The notes under the pieces are model-generated. The model did no database searches and had not been told where the DNA came from. It saw nothing but the letters and a program-made list of their open reading frames with translations. DNA of 43,718 nt from Candidatus Staskawiczbacteria bacterium RIFCSPHIGHO2_01_FULL_39_25 (GTDB taxonomy: Bacteria > Patescibacteriota > Minisyncoccia > Minisyncoccales > Staskawiczbacteraceae): assembly GCA_001820095.1 (NCBI GenBank), contig MHOO01000003.1, forward strand, positions 66,987 to 110,704. Reading direction: 5' to 3'. How positions within the stretch are numbered: the stretch's first letter is position 1; each line of letters opens with the position of its first letter. Below are positions 26,602 through 36,271 of this stretch, in pieces. Made by a program: the position numbers and the translations under genes.

Positions 26602-27543
26602 ATGATTTACGATCTCATTATCATTGGTGCAGGTCCCGCGGGAGTTTCTGCGGCCGTATATGCGGCCAGACAGCGCCTTTCCATGCTTATTATCTCAAAA
26701 GATATCGGCGGACAGGTGGCAAAAAAAGCGGTGGATATTGAAAACTATCCCGGTTTTGACAAAATTTCAGGGCCAGAATTGGTTGAGCTTTACCAAAAAC
26801 AACTGAAAGCAAATAATCTTGAAGTTACCCAAGATGAGGTAGTAGGCATTGAAAAAAAGGATGCTAAATTTTTAATTTCCACGAAATCGGGAAAAACATA
26901 TGAAGCCATTTCAGTTATTATTACGTCGGGGGCGAGCTCGCGGCTGATTAATGTGCCCGGCGAAGAAGAATTTGCCGGCAAGGGGGTAAGCTACTGTTCA
27001 TTATGCGACGGGCCGGTGTTTAAAAATAAAATAGTAGCCGTGATTGGCGGAGGAAATAACGGCTTTGAATCAGCGCTATTTTTATCTAATTATGTGCCAA
27101 AGGTGTATATTTTAGAATATGGCGCAAAAACCAATGCAGACCAAGAAAATACTGAATTGGTGGCAAAACATAAAAATATTGAAATTATTACGAATGCAAA
27201 AGTGGTAAAAATTGAAGGAAAAGTATTTGTAGAATCAATCACGTACCAAGACTTAACCGCTAATACTGAAAAAACATTGGAGGTAAAAGGAGTCTTTGTT
27301 GAAATTGGATATATTCCAGCAACGACATTTGTAAATGGTCTTGTTGATTTAAATAATAAGGGTGAAATAATGTTTGATGCTAACACATTGGCAACGAAAA
27401 CCCCAGGCCTTTTTTCAGCGGGGGATTGCAATGTCTCAAAATATAAGCAGATTGTCATGGCATCAGGGGAAGGGGCGAAAGCCGCGCTGTCAGCGTATGA
27501 ATATATTAAAAAGCAGAGCATTATAAAAAATCATTATGAGTAA
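26602..27543 (+). CDS. trxB: Thioredoxin reductase
   Basis: GAGPAG, IENYPG, GKGVSYCSLCDG, IGGGNNG, FSAGD. Confidence 0.95.
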   Translation: MIYDLIIIGAGPAGVSAAVYAARQRLSMLIISKDIGGQVAKKAVDIENYPGFDKISGPELVELYQKQLKANNLEVTQDEVVGIEKKDAKFLISTKSGKTYEAISVIITSGASSRLINVPGEEEFAGKGVSYCSLCDGPVFKNKIVAVIGGGNNGFESALFLSNYVPKVYILEYGAKTNADQENTELVAKHKNIEIITNAKVVKIEGKVFVESITYQDLTANTEKTLEVKGVFVEIGYIPATTFVNGLVDLNNKGEIMFDANTLATKTPGLFSAGDCNVSKYKQIVMASGEGAKAALSAYEYIKKQSIIKNHYE

Positions 27544-28765
27544 AATTAAATCTATAAAAGCTTCCGAAATCAAAGACTCGCGCGGCAAGCCGACGGTTGA
27601 GGTTGAGCTAATTACTGAAAAGGGCAGTTTTGTGGCGTCTTGCCCTTCGGGCGCTTCTACGGGAAAAAATGAGGCTTTAGAATTAAGAGATGCAGATGGC
27701 AGGGGAGTTTCAAAGGCTATAGAAAATGTAAATAAGATTATTGCGCCAAAATTAGTTGGCAAAGACCCTTCAAATCAAAAAGAACTGGATGATTTGATGA
27801 TTGCCTTAGATGGTACTCCCAATAAATCAAAATTAGGCGCTAATGCTATATTACCCGTTTCCATGGCTATTTGCAGAGCCGGCGCTGCCGCAAAGAAAGT
27901 TCCTCTTTATCAGCATATTGCCGATCTCTCCGGATTCAATCTTCCAGCTTCCAGCTTCAAGCTTCCATTAGCTTGTTTTAATATTTTAAACGGCGGCGCT
28001 CACGCTAAAAATGATTTAGAGTTGCAGGAATTTATGGTAGTACCCATGAAAAATACATTCCAGGAAAATTTAGTATTGGGAAGCCAAGTATTTAATGCGC
28101 TGACTGAATTGTTAAAGCAAACTCCTGGCGGAGTGCCCAATATGGGAGATGAAGGAGGATATGCTCCGCAAATTTCAACCGCAGAACAGGCACTATTTTT
28201 AATTAAAAGCGCTATTGGCGAGCATAAAGAAGTGAAAATCGCATTGGATTGCGCAGCTTCAGAATTTTACCGAGATGGAAAGTATGAAGTTGAAGAGGGC
28301 AAACAGTTGTCGCGCAACGAAATGATTGAATTTTATAAAGATTTAGCTGGCAGGTTTCCAATTATATCTATTGAAGATGCGTTTTCAGAGGAAGATTGGG
28401 AGGGTTTTAAGGAAATCCGCCATGAACTTCCCGAGGTAATTATTATCGGTGATGATTTGACTACCACCAATATTAGTAAAATAAAAGAAGCCCAAAGCAA
28501 GCAGGCCTGCAATGGAATTATTATAAAACTAAACCAAATCGGGACGGTTTCAGAAACCATTGAGGCGGTAAATTTGGCGAAAAGTTACGGTTGGAAAATT
28601 ATGGTAAGCCATAGGTCAGGTGAAACATTAGATAATTTTATTGCGGACTTGGCAGTGGGAGTTGGTGCGGATTTTCTAAAGGCAGGAGCTTACACAAAAG
28701 AAGAAAGGATGGTAAAATACAATAGGTTGTTGGAAATAGAAAGTGAATTTGCTAAAAGCAAATAA
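27536..28765 (+). CDS. eno: Enolase
   Basis: DSRGKPTVEV, PSGASTG, LGANAIL, GDEGG, IKLNQIG, SHRSGET. Confidence 0.98.
   Translation: MSKIKSIKASEIKDSRGKPTVEVELITEKGSFVASCPSGASTGKNEALELRDADGRGVSKAIENVNKIIAPKLVGKDPSNQKELDDLMIALDGTPNKSKLGANAILPVSMAICRAGAAAKKVPLYQHIADLSGFNLPASSFKLPLACFNILNGGAHAKNDLELQEFMVVPMKNTFQENLVLGSQVFNALTELLKQTPGGVPNMGDEGGYAPQISTAEQALFLIKSAIGEHKEVKIALDCAASEFYRDGKYEVEEGKQLSRNEMIEFYKDLAGRFPIISIEDAFSEEDWEGFKEIRHELPEVIIIGDDLTTTNISKIKEAQSKQACNGIIIKLNQIGTVSETIEAVNLAKSYGWKIMVSHRSGETLDNFIADLAVGVGADFLKAGAYTKEERMVKYNRLLEIESEFAKSK
27941..27968 (+). repeat. Four heptamers (CTTCCAG-like) inside eno
   Basis: CTTCCAG CTTCCAG CTTCAAG CTTCCAT, encoding LPASSFKLP. Confidence 0.7.
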
Positions 28766-28850
28766 ACATTTGACCATTGACATTTGACAATTGACAACGG
28801 AAAAACGAAACGACGGTCAAATGTTAATTGTCACATGTTAAATGTAATAT
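28766..28850 (+). repeat. 7-nt periodic hairpin, type A
   Basis: CATTTGACCATTGACATTTGACAATTGAC ... GTCAAATGTTAATTGTCACATGTTAAATG; fills the whole eno-gpmA gap. Confidence 0.85.
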
Positions 28851-29519
28851 ATGGCTAACTTATTTTTACTAAGGCATTTAAAATCACAGTGGAACCAAGA
28901 CAACCGCTTTGCGGGGTGGGTGGATAACCCTTTATCAAAAGAGGGGATTTTAGCGGCAAAAGAAATTGCTGGAAATTTGAGCGGTGAAAAAATTGATGTG
29001 GCCTATACGTCGTCATTAATCAGGTGCCAAGAAACTATTTTACGGATTTTTGAGCATATGGGCAATAAATATCCGCTTTTTTTGCATTTAGACGGCGGAG
29101 CCATGGAGAAATGGGGGAATTTTACTGGCATCGGGCAGAATGATATGCCGGTGTATGTTTCAGAAAAATTGAATGAAAGGTACTACGGAAAAATACAAGG
29201 GTTGAATAAAGAAGAAACCATGGAAAAATATGGCAAAGATTTAGTGCACGTATGGAGAAGGGGATACAACGATAAGCCGCCGGGAGGAGAATCGTTGAAA
29301 GATGTCTATAAAAGAAGCGTTCCGTTTTTTAAAAAATATATTGAGAAGGATTTAACATCGGGCAAAGATGTTCTTTTGGTGGCAAGTCATAATAGCTTGC
29401 GTGCTATCGTAAAATACCTCGAAGGCATTTCTGATGAAGACATTGCCAATGTAGAGCTGCCTTTCGGCGCATTAGTACGATACGATTTTGATGGAGAGTC
29501 TTATAAAAAAATAATTTGA
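28851..29519 (+). CDS. gpmA: 2,3-BPG-dependent phosphoglycerate mutase
   Basis: LRH..SQWN..NRFAGW.D, LNERYYG, GESLKD, SHNSLR. Confidence 0.93.
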   Translation: MANLFLLRHLKSQWNQDNRFAGWVDNPLSKEGILAAKEIAGNLSGEKIDVAYTSSLIRCQETILRIFEHMGNKYPLFLHLDGGAMEKWGNFTGIGQNDMPVYVSEKLNERYYGKIQGLNKEETMEKYGKDLVHVWRRGYNDKPPGGESLKDVYKRSVPFFKKYIEKDLTSGKDVLLVASHNSLRAIVKYLEGISDEDIANVELPFGALVRYDFDGESYKKII

Positions 29520-29648
29520 AATTCGAAATTTGAAATTTGAATTCAATATAAAATATTACAATATTTCAATTTGAAAACACGACGTCGTGTTTTATTTATT
29601 TCAAATTCAACCATTTCAAATTGATTTCAAATTGTAAATTTCAAATTG
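29514..29648 (+). repeat. 7-nt periodic hairpin, type B
   Basis: Near-copy of 15689-15835; centre AAAACACGACGTCGTGTTTT. Confidence 0.85.
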
Positions 29649-29705
29649 TGTTGCATTAAATTCTTTTTATACTATAATTAGTTATTATAATTAAGCAACT
29701 AACTT

Positions 29706-30782
29706 ATGTTCCAATTTAATAGAGATATGTTCACTAAGGAAATGATAAATAAAAACGTCATCAGTAAAATTAATAGAGATTCAATGCTTTTAGGGTTGGC
29801 CGTTTTGAGCATTATTATCACCGGATTCCTTATTATTGCTAATACAACCTCTTATAATATTCTCGGATTTTTGCAATTCGGTCCGTCTAAAGAAGAAATT
29901 GCCCAAAAATCCATAGATTACCTCAATGCTAACATATTGCAAGATGGGCAAACTGCTACGTTAGGCGAAGTCAAAGAAGAAAGCGGGATAATAAAGATAC
30001 AAGTTAAAATTGGAGAAAATACCTACGATAGCTACATTACCAAAGATGGAAAATACTTTTTCCCGGAAGCATTTGAATTAACGGCGGATATGGGTGCAGC
30101 TGCCAATCAAGATCAAGGAGATCAAGTAGCTCTCAAGCAAGAGGCTTGCGATAGTCTAAAAAAAGCGGATAAGCCCATGTTGGAGGCTTATGTTGTAAGC
30201 AGGTGCCCGTATGGCTTGCAGATGCAACGGGCCATGGCTGATGCTGTAGCAAGTGCTCCTTCCATTGCGCCATACATAAAAGTAAGATATATGGGTTCTG
30301 TAGTAAATGGGGTGGTAACCGCTATGCATGGGGAAGCAGAAGCAATGGAAAACTTAAGGCAAATATGCATCAGGGAAGAGCAAAACAGTAAATATTGGGA
30401 CTATGTGGCTTGCCAAATGAAAAGCGGCGATACAACAGGATGTGAATCATCAACCGGAGTTGATGCAGCTAAGCTAAGCGGCTGCATAAAAGACAGCAAG
30501 AGGGGAGTAGCCTATGCTAAAGAAGACTTTGCGTTGAATGCTAAATATAGTATTCAAGGTTCGCCTACTTTGATATTAAACGGAAGCCAGGTTTCAGAGT
30601 TTGACTTTGGCGGCAGGTCATCTATGTCAGTTAAAAATATGTTAGCTTGCTCGTCTACGACAGCTCCGGATTTTGCTTCAAAAGAATTAAATAGCGCTCA
30701 GGCGGCTACTTCATTTTCGCTAAGCTATGCCGGGACGAATTCGGGGAGCGCCAATACTGCAGCTAATTGCGTGCCGCAATAG
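29706..30782 (+). CDS. Membrane-anchored thioredoxin-fold (DsbA-like) protein
   Basis: N-terminal TM; VVSRCPYG and IQGSPTL motifs; extra Cys pairs. Confidence 0.7.
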   Translation: MFQFNRDMFTKEMINKNVISKINRDSMLLGLAVLSIIITGFLIIANTTSYNILGFLQFGPSKEEIAQKSIDYLNANILQDGQTATLGEVKEESGIIKIQVKIGENTYDSYITKDGKYFFPEAFELTADMGAAANQDQGDQVALKQEACDSLKKADKPMLEAYVVSRCPYGLQMQRAMADAVASAPSIAPYIKVRYMGSVVNGVVTAMHGEAEAMENLRQICIREEQNSKYWDYVACQMKSGDTTGCESSTGVDAAKLSGCIKDSKRGVAYAKEDFALNAKYSIQGSPTLILNGSQVSEFDFGGRSSMSVKNMLACSSTTAPDFASKELNSAQAATSFSLSYAGTNSGSANTAANCVPQ

Positions 30783-30802
30783 CGAATTTTTAATTTCAAA
30801 TT

Positions 30803-31033
30803 ATGGTAATCATTTATTCAACTCCAACATGCGTATATTGCAATTCTCTTAAACAGTATCTTACTGACAAGAATATTGCATATAAAGAAATTGATGTATC
30901 CCAAAATGAACAGGAGTTAGAAAAAATGGTGGCTATTTCAGGCCAAATGGGGGTTCCCGTGGTTGATATTGATGGAAATATTGTCATTGGGTTTGATAAA
31001 GTGAAGATAGATGAGTTATTAAAATTAACCTAA
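30803..31033 (+). CDS. Glutaredoxin (NrdH/YruB-like)
   Basis: YSTPTCVYC, GQMGVPV, IGFD. Confidence 0.93.
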   Translation: MVIIYSTPTCVYCNSLKQYLTDKNIAYKEIDVSQNEQELEKMVAISGQMGVPVVDIDGNIVIGFDKVKIDELLKLT

Positions 31034-31125
31034 TTGACCTAATTATTCTAATTAACCTAATTAAATCCTAATTCGTAAAATTCGTTTTAGAATAATTAGT
31101 ATAATTAGAACAATTAGAATAATTT
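31030..31125 (+). repeat. Periodic hairpin variant (CCTAATT/AATTAG units)
   Basis: ACCTAATTGACCTAATT ... AATTAGTATAATTAGAACAATTAGAA before gap. Confidence 0.7.
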
Positions 31126-32136
31126 ATGCCAATCAAATTGGCTATCAATGGTTTTGGCCGAATCGGCCGGCAAACGTTCAAAAGAATACTGGAAAAGTAT
31201 CCTGATTTGGAAGTAGTTGCCATCAATGATTTAACTGACACTAAAACGTTAGCCCACCTTTTAAAGTATGACTCTAACTACGGAACTTTTAATAAAGAGA
31301 TAAGTTCTACCGAAGATACGATCTTAATTAATGGAAAAGCGTATAAGATTTTAGCGGAGAAAAGCGTAGAGAAATTGCCATGGAAGAAATTGGGCGTGGA
31401 TATTGTGCTAGAATGCACGGGTCTTTTCACGAGCAAAGATGAATCAAAAAAACATATTAAAGCCGGAGCCAAAAAAGTTATTATTTCAGCTCCTGCCAAA
31501 GAGAAAGAAATTCCGGGTTTTGTGTTGGGGGTAAACGCAGATTTATTTGATCCCGAAAAAAATGATGTCATAGATATGGGTTCTTGCACTACAAATTGCC
31601 TGGCGGTTATGGCTAAGGTGTTGCACGATGAGTTTACGATAGTAAAAGGGTTTATGACCACGGTTCATAGCTACACCAATGACCAAAAAATTCTTGACTT
31701 GCCCCATAAAGATTTACGAAGGGCAAGGGCCGCAGCCGTAAATATTATCCCAACCAGCACGGGAGCGGCGCGGGCTATCGGGAAAATGATTCCAGAATTA
31801 GATGGAAAATTAGATGGAATTGCCATGCGCGTGCCGACTCCCGTAGTTTCTGTTCTTGATTTAATCGTAGAAGTTGGGAAATCAACTACCAAAGAAGCTG
31901 TAAATGAAGCGTTTAAAAAAGCTGCCAGTCAGGAAAGCTTCAAGGGAATTTTGCGGGTTGAAGAAAATCCATTAGTTTCTTCGGATTTTAAAGAAGATAG
32001 CCACTCGGCTATTATTGACGCAAACGAAACGATGGTAAAAGATAATCTCGTAAAAGTAGTCGGCTGGTACGACAACGAGTGGGGTTATTCATGTAGGTTA
32101 GCCGAGTTTGCTGATTTTGTGGGTAAAAAACTTTAG
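31126..32136 (+). CDS. gap: Type I glyceraldehyde-3-phosphate dehydrogenase
   Basis: INGFGRIGR, SCTTNCL, NIIPTSTGAA, WYDNEWGY. Confidence 0.99.
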   Translation: MPIKLAINGFGRIGRQTFKRILEKYPDLEVVAINDLTDTKTLAHLLKYDSNYGTFNKEISSTEDTILINGKAYKILAEKSVEKLPWKKLGVDIVLECTGLFTSKDESKKHIKAGAKKVIISAPAKEKEIPGFVLGVNADLFDPEKNDVIDMGSCTTNCLAVMAKVLHDEFTIVKGFMTTVHSYTNDQKILDLPHKDLRRARAAAVNIIPTSTGAARAIGKMIPELDGKLDGIAMRVPTPVVSVLDLIVEVGKSTTKEAVNEAFKKAASQESFKGILRVEENPLVSSDFKEDSHSAIIDANETMVKDNLVKVVGWYDNEWGYSCRLAEFADFVGKKL

Positions 32137-32143
32137 TTTTTTG

Positions 32144-32171
32144 AAAACAGGTCCTTATGGGATCTGTTTTT
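32144..32171 (+). terminator. Terminator after gap
   Basis: AAAACAGGTCC/GGATCTGTTTT. Confidence 0.65.
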
Positions 32172-32262
32172 GTTTTTAGAAAGCAATTTCGTAATTTAGT
32201 TATTGCATTAAAGCATTGCGGTAACATTTTTAATGCGTTATAATTGATTAAATTATTACAAA

Positions 32263-34665
32263 ATGGAAGAAAAAAGTAAAAAAAATATAGTGTGGTTTAA
32301 GGATTTGAGCATCAAAGATGTTGCGCTGGTTGGCGGCAAAAATGCTTCGCTGGGTGAAATATATAATAACTTAGTGCCTTACGGCGTGCGCATTCCTAAC
32401 GGGTTTGCCACTACGTCCGAGGCATATTTTTTGTTTTTAGATGCGACAGGATTAACAAAAAAAATACAAGAAATTTTAAAGTATATTAATGTCCACGATC
32501 TGAAAACTTTACAGGAAAAAGGTAAAAAAGTAAGGGGATTAATTATGAGCGCGGAACTTCCCTTGGATTTAAAAAATGAAATTGTGGAAGCTTATAAAAA
32601 ATTATCAGAAGAATATAAATCTAAAAATGTGGATGTTGCTGTTAGGTCATCGGCTACTGCTGAAGATCTGCCGGGGGCTTCTTTTGCCGGCCAGCAGGAA
32701 ACTTTTTTAAATATTACCGGAGAAAAAAACGTATTGGAGGCCGTAAAAAAATGTTTTGCTTCCCTTTTTACCGATAGGGCTATAGTTTACCGGCAAGAAA
32801 TGGGGTTTGGCCATACTAAAGTAGGGTTATCGGCTGGAATACAAAAAATGGTAAGGTCCGATGTGGCATCTTCCGGAGTAATGTTTTCTTGTGATACCGA
32901 ATCGGGTTTTGCTGATGTTGTGTTGATTAATGCAAGTTTTGGCCTGGGAGAAAATGTGGTATTGGGCAGGGTTGAACCAGATCAATATTATATTTTTGAG
33001 TCTACGTTAAAAAAGGGATTTAAGCCGGTTATTGAAAAGAAGATCGGGTCAAAGCTGATAAAAATGGTTTATACTGCTAATCCGAAGGCGCCGACAAAAA
33101 ACGTATCAACATCGGCTAAAGAAAGACAGAGTTTTGTGTTATCTGATGATGAAATTTTGCAATTGGCCGAATGGTCACTGTTGGTTGAGGAACACTATCA
33201 AAAGCCTATGGATATGGAGTGGGCAAAAGACGGCAAAAACGGAAAATTATATATTGTGCAGGCGCGGCCGGAAACCGTGCAAAGCAAACGGAATGTTAAT
33301 GTGCTAGAAAATTATGTTTTGCAAAAGACCGCCAGCGCAAAAATTCTCGCCAAAGGAATGTCAGTTGGAAGTAAAATAGGTTCAGGAAAAGCCAATAAAA
33401 TAATGTCAGCAAAAGACATTAATAAATTTAAAAAAGGAGAAGTGCTGGTAACGGGCATGACTGATCCTGACTGGGTGCCAGCGATGAAATTGGCCTCGGC
33501 TATTATAACTGACCAAGGCGGAAGAACGGCGCATGCGGCCATTGTGTCACGCGAATTGGGAATTCCTTGTATTGTGGGAGCTTCAAATGCCACCAAAACT
33601 ATAAAAACGGGCACCGAAATAACCGTAGATTGCTCGGGCGGCGAACATGGGCTAGTGTATCAAGGGCTTATTCCATTTAAGGTCAATAAAACTGATATTT
33701 CAAAAATAGAAAAACCAAAAACAAAAATACTCATGAACTTAGCCGATCCTTCACAGGCATTTAATTTAAGTTTTATACCTAATGATGGAGTGGGGCTAGC
33801 CCGCGAGGAATTTATTATTGCTAATACTATAAAAATCCATCCTAGCGCGCTGATTAATTATAAAAAATTGCCTTCCGCACTGCGTAAAAAAATTGATGCG
33901 CTTTCGGTTGGCTATGAAGATAAGACGCAGTTTTATGTAGATAAGCTGGCCGAGGGAGTTGGAAAAATTGGAGCGGCATTTTATCCTAAGCAAGTTATTG
34001 TGCGATTCTCTGATTTTAAAACGAATGAATATCGGGGATTGATCGGCGGAGAATTGTACGAACCTGAAGAAGAAAACCCTATGATCGGCTTTCGCGGAGC
34101 TTCACGATACTATCATGAAAAATTCAAGGAAGCCTTTATATTAGAATGCAACGCTATTAAGAAAGCAAGAGAAGAATTTGGCATAGATAACATTGCGGTT
34201 ATGGTGCCATTTTGCAGAACCGTAGAAGAAGGTAGAAAGGTACTAGAAATAATGGAAGCAGCAGGTTTAAAAAAAGGCGAACGCGGCTTAAAAATATTTG
34301 TCATGGCTGAAATTCCTGCAAATATTATATTGGCCAAGCAGTTTTTGGAAATTTTTGATGGATTTTCTATTGGCTCAAATGACTTGGCCCAATTAACGCT
34401 GGGACTAGACCGTGATAATTCAGAAATAGCGGCTGTGGGAAATGAAAAAAATGAAGCAGTAAAAGAACTGATTAAAGAAGTAGTAAAGGTTTGTAAAGAA
34501 AAGGGCAAGTATTCGGGAATCTGCGGCCAAGCGCCGAGCGACTTTCCCGATTTCGCTGAATTTCTGGTAGAATTAGGAATAGAGTCTGTTTCTTTAAATC
34601 CGGATTCCATTATTAAGACAATGTTGGTAGTTTCAGAGAAAGAAAAACAGTTAAGCGACAATTGA
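32263..34665 (+). CDS. ppsA: Phosphoenolpyruvate synthase
   Basis: GGKNASLGE, RSSATAEDL, QARPETV, GGRTAHAAIVSRE, GFSIGSNDL, ICGQAPSD. Confidence 0.98.
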   Translation: MEEKSKKNIVWFKDLSIKDVALVGGKNASLGEIYNNLVPYGVRIPNGFATTSEAYFLFLDATGLTKKIQEILKYINVHDLKTLQEKGKKVRGLIMSAELPLDLKNEIVEAYKKLSEEYKSKNVDVAVRSSATAEDLPGASFAGQQETFLNITGEKNVLEAVKKCFASLFTDRAIVYRQEMGFGHTKVGLSAGIQKMVRSDVASSGVMFSCDTESGFADVVLINASFGLGENVVLGRVEPDQYYIFESTLKKGFKPVIEKKIGSKLIKMVYTANPKAPTKNVSTSAKERQSFVLSDDEILQLAEWSLLVEEHYQKPMDMEWAKDGKNGKLYIVQARPETVQSKRNVNVLENYVLQKTASAKILAKGMSVGSKIGSGKANKIMSAKDINKFKKGEVLVTGMTDPDWVPAMKLASAIITDQGGRTAHAAIVSRELGIPCIVGASNATKTIKTGTEITVDCSGGEHGLVYQGLIPFKVNKTDISKIEKPKTKILMNLADPSQAFNLSFIPNDGVGLAREEFIIANTIKIHPSALINYKKLPSALRKKIDALSVGYEDKTQFYVDKLAEGVGKIGAAFYPKQVIVRFSDFKTNEYRGLIGGELYEPEEENPMIGFRGASRYYHEKFKEAFILECNAIKKAREEFGIDNIAVMVPFCRTVEEGRKVLEIMEAAGLKKGERGLKIFVMAEIPANIILAKQFLEIFDGFSIGSNDLAQLTLGLDRDNSEIAAVGNEKNEAVKELIKEVVKVCKEKGKYSGICGQAPSDFPDFAEFLVELGIESVSLNPDSIIKTMLVVSEKEKQLSDN

Positions 34666-34745
34666 CCATTGACAATTGACAATTAACCATTAGCCGCGTT
34701 TTATCGTTGGTCAAATGTTAAATGTCAAATGTTAATTGTTATATT
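34660..34745 (+). repeat. 7-nt periodic hairpin, type A
   Basis: ACAATTGACCATTGACAATTGACAATTAAC ... GGTCAAATGTTAAATGTCAAATG; the left arm overlaps the ppsA stop. Confidence 0.85.
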
Positions 34746-35750
34746 ATGTACGACATCATCACCTTTGGTTCAGCGGCTAAAGATATTTTTGTAAAGCCTA
34801 AAAAGCTTACGGTGTTAAAGTACGATAAAGATTTCTCAACCAATGAGGGAATTTGTTTTCCTTTAGGTTCTAAAATTGATGTTGAGGAAATACAGTTTAA
34901 CACTGGCGGGGGAGGCACTAATGCTGCGGCTACTTTCTCAAAACAAGGATTTAAAACGGCGTTCTGCGGAGCTATAGGCACAGATTTGGCAGGGCAGGAT
35001 ATTATTAATGAATTAAAGGCGCTAAAAGTAGATGCTAGGTTTGTAGTAAAGAAGCGTGAAAAATTAACGAACCATTCGGTAATAATTCTTAATGAGGGGC
35101 AAGATACTACTATTTTAGCGTATCGCGGGGCGGCAGAATTATTAGATAAAAAAGATATTCCGTGGAAAAAATTAAAAACTAAATGGATCTATTTAGCTCC
35201 GCTCTCGGGTTTATTGTGCGACAGCTTTGAAGAAATAGTTAATTTTGCACAACAAAATAAGATAAAAATTGCGGCAAACCCAGGAATGGCCCAGCTTGCT
35301 TTGGAGCATTTTCCTGAAATCGCTAAAAAAATTGATGTATTGATACTTAACCGGGAAGAAGCCAGTTTTTTAACGAAAATTTCCTATGAACAAGAAAAAG
35401 AAATTTTTAAAAAACTAGATGAAATGTGCCCGGGTATTGCGGTGATGACCAAAGGAGGGGATGGCGTAGTTGTTTCTGACGGAAAAAATATATATTCTGC
35501 AAGGCCCCTCAAGGACAGAAAAATTGTTGATACTACGGGAGCGGGGGATTCATTTGCGTCAGGGTTTATTTCAGATTTCATACGGGAGAACGGTAATATA
35601 GAGAAAGCAATCCAGTTTGGACTGGCAAATTCCGCGGGGTGCTTATCCCAGATTGGCGCCAAGGGGGGGCTGTTAAAAAAAGGTGACATATTTGAGAAGA
35701 TTCAGGTTGTTAAGGAAGAATGCGACAATAATGTTTGTATCGTAAAATAA
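34746..35750 (+). CDS. PfkB/ribokinase-family carbohydrate kinase
   Basis: GGGGTNAA, LNREEA, DTTGAGDSFASG; start ATG 34746. Confidence 0.92.
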   Translation: MYDIITFGSAAKDIFVKPKKLTVLKYDKDFSTNEGICFPLGSKIDVEEIQFNTGGGGTNAAATFSKQGFKTAFCGAIGTDLAGQDIINELKALKVDARFVVKKREKLTNHSVIILNEGQDTTILAYRGAAELLDKKDIPWKKLKTKWIYLAPLSGLLCDSFEEIVNFAQQNKIKIAANPGMAQLALEHFPEIAKKIDVLILNREEASFLTKISYEQEKEIFKKLDEMCPGIAVMTKGGDGVVVSDGKNIYSARPLKDRKIVDTTGAGDSFASGFISDFIRENGNIEKAIQFGLANSAGCLSQIGAKGGLLKKGDIFEKIQVVKEECDNNVCIVK

Positions 35751-35757
35751 TTCGCTC

Positions 35758-35882
35758 GCTAGTTTCATTCGTGGAGCACGGCGTCGTTTGAAATTGCAGA
35801 TATTTTATGCAATTTCAAACGCGCCTATCTCTCGCCCCGCACAACGGCGGGGCTCCGAGGTGCTCCACTCATAAAACTAGCT
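35758..35882. repeat. Nested inverted-repeat element
   Basis: Outer CTAGTTTCATTCGTGGAGCAC/GTGCTCCACTCATAAAACTAG with two inner hairpins; left end also at 10756-10776. Confidence 0.7.
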
Positions 35883-35963
35883 CGCTTCTTATTGTAAAAT
35901 AAAAAAGGAGTAAATCATGGCGGCCATGATTCACTCCTTATGATTGCATCTTCGCGGGCATAA

Positions 35964-36194
35964 CTATCCCGCCAGCCTGGGCCTCATGACCGTAATTTGG
36001 TCTTTGACGACCGGGGCATCGTTGAGCTTATACCACTGCTCCCTGATGGCAATGTCGTTGCCGAATTTCCTCTTGAGCCGTTCCACTTCTTTTTGGGCTT
36101 GAGCTGGCGCCTCGTTGTCGCTGGGGGCGTAAAAGTTGTGCGGCAAAACTGCCAGAGTCTCGAAATCTTGGACGAAGCCGATCCGGTACTGCAT
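35964..36194 (-). CDS. 76-aa hypothetical protein inserted antisense in the glycolytic cluster
   Basis: AAGGAG plus ATG 36194; promoter TTGACT-17-TATGAT (36270-36242); hairpin and T-run downstream. Confidence 0.7.
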   Translation of the reverse strand: MQYRIGFVQDFETLAVLPHNFYAPSDNEAPAQAQKEVERLKRKFGNDIAIREQWYKLNDAPVVKDQITVMRPRLAG

Positions 36195-36271
36195 GGGAAA
36201 CTCCTTTTGGGCGAAGATAGGTTGGCGAAGATCCAATTAATATCATATAACAAAGTATTAAATAAGTCAAT

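Noticed and set aside
35905-35942. Micro-ORFs MAAMIHSL and MAAMIYSFFILQ after symmetric AAGGAG
   Set aside because: More simply explained as a terminator hairpin; not called as CDS.
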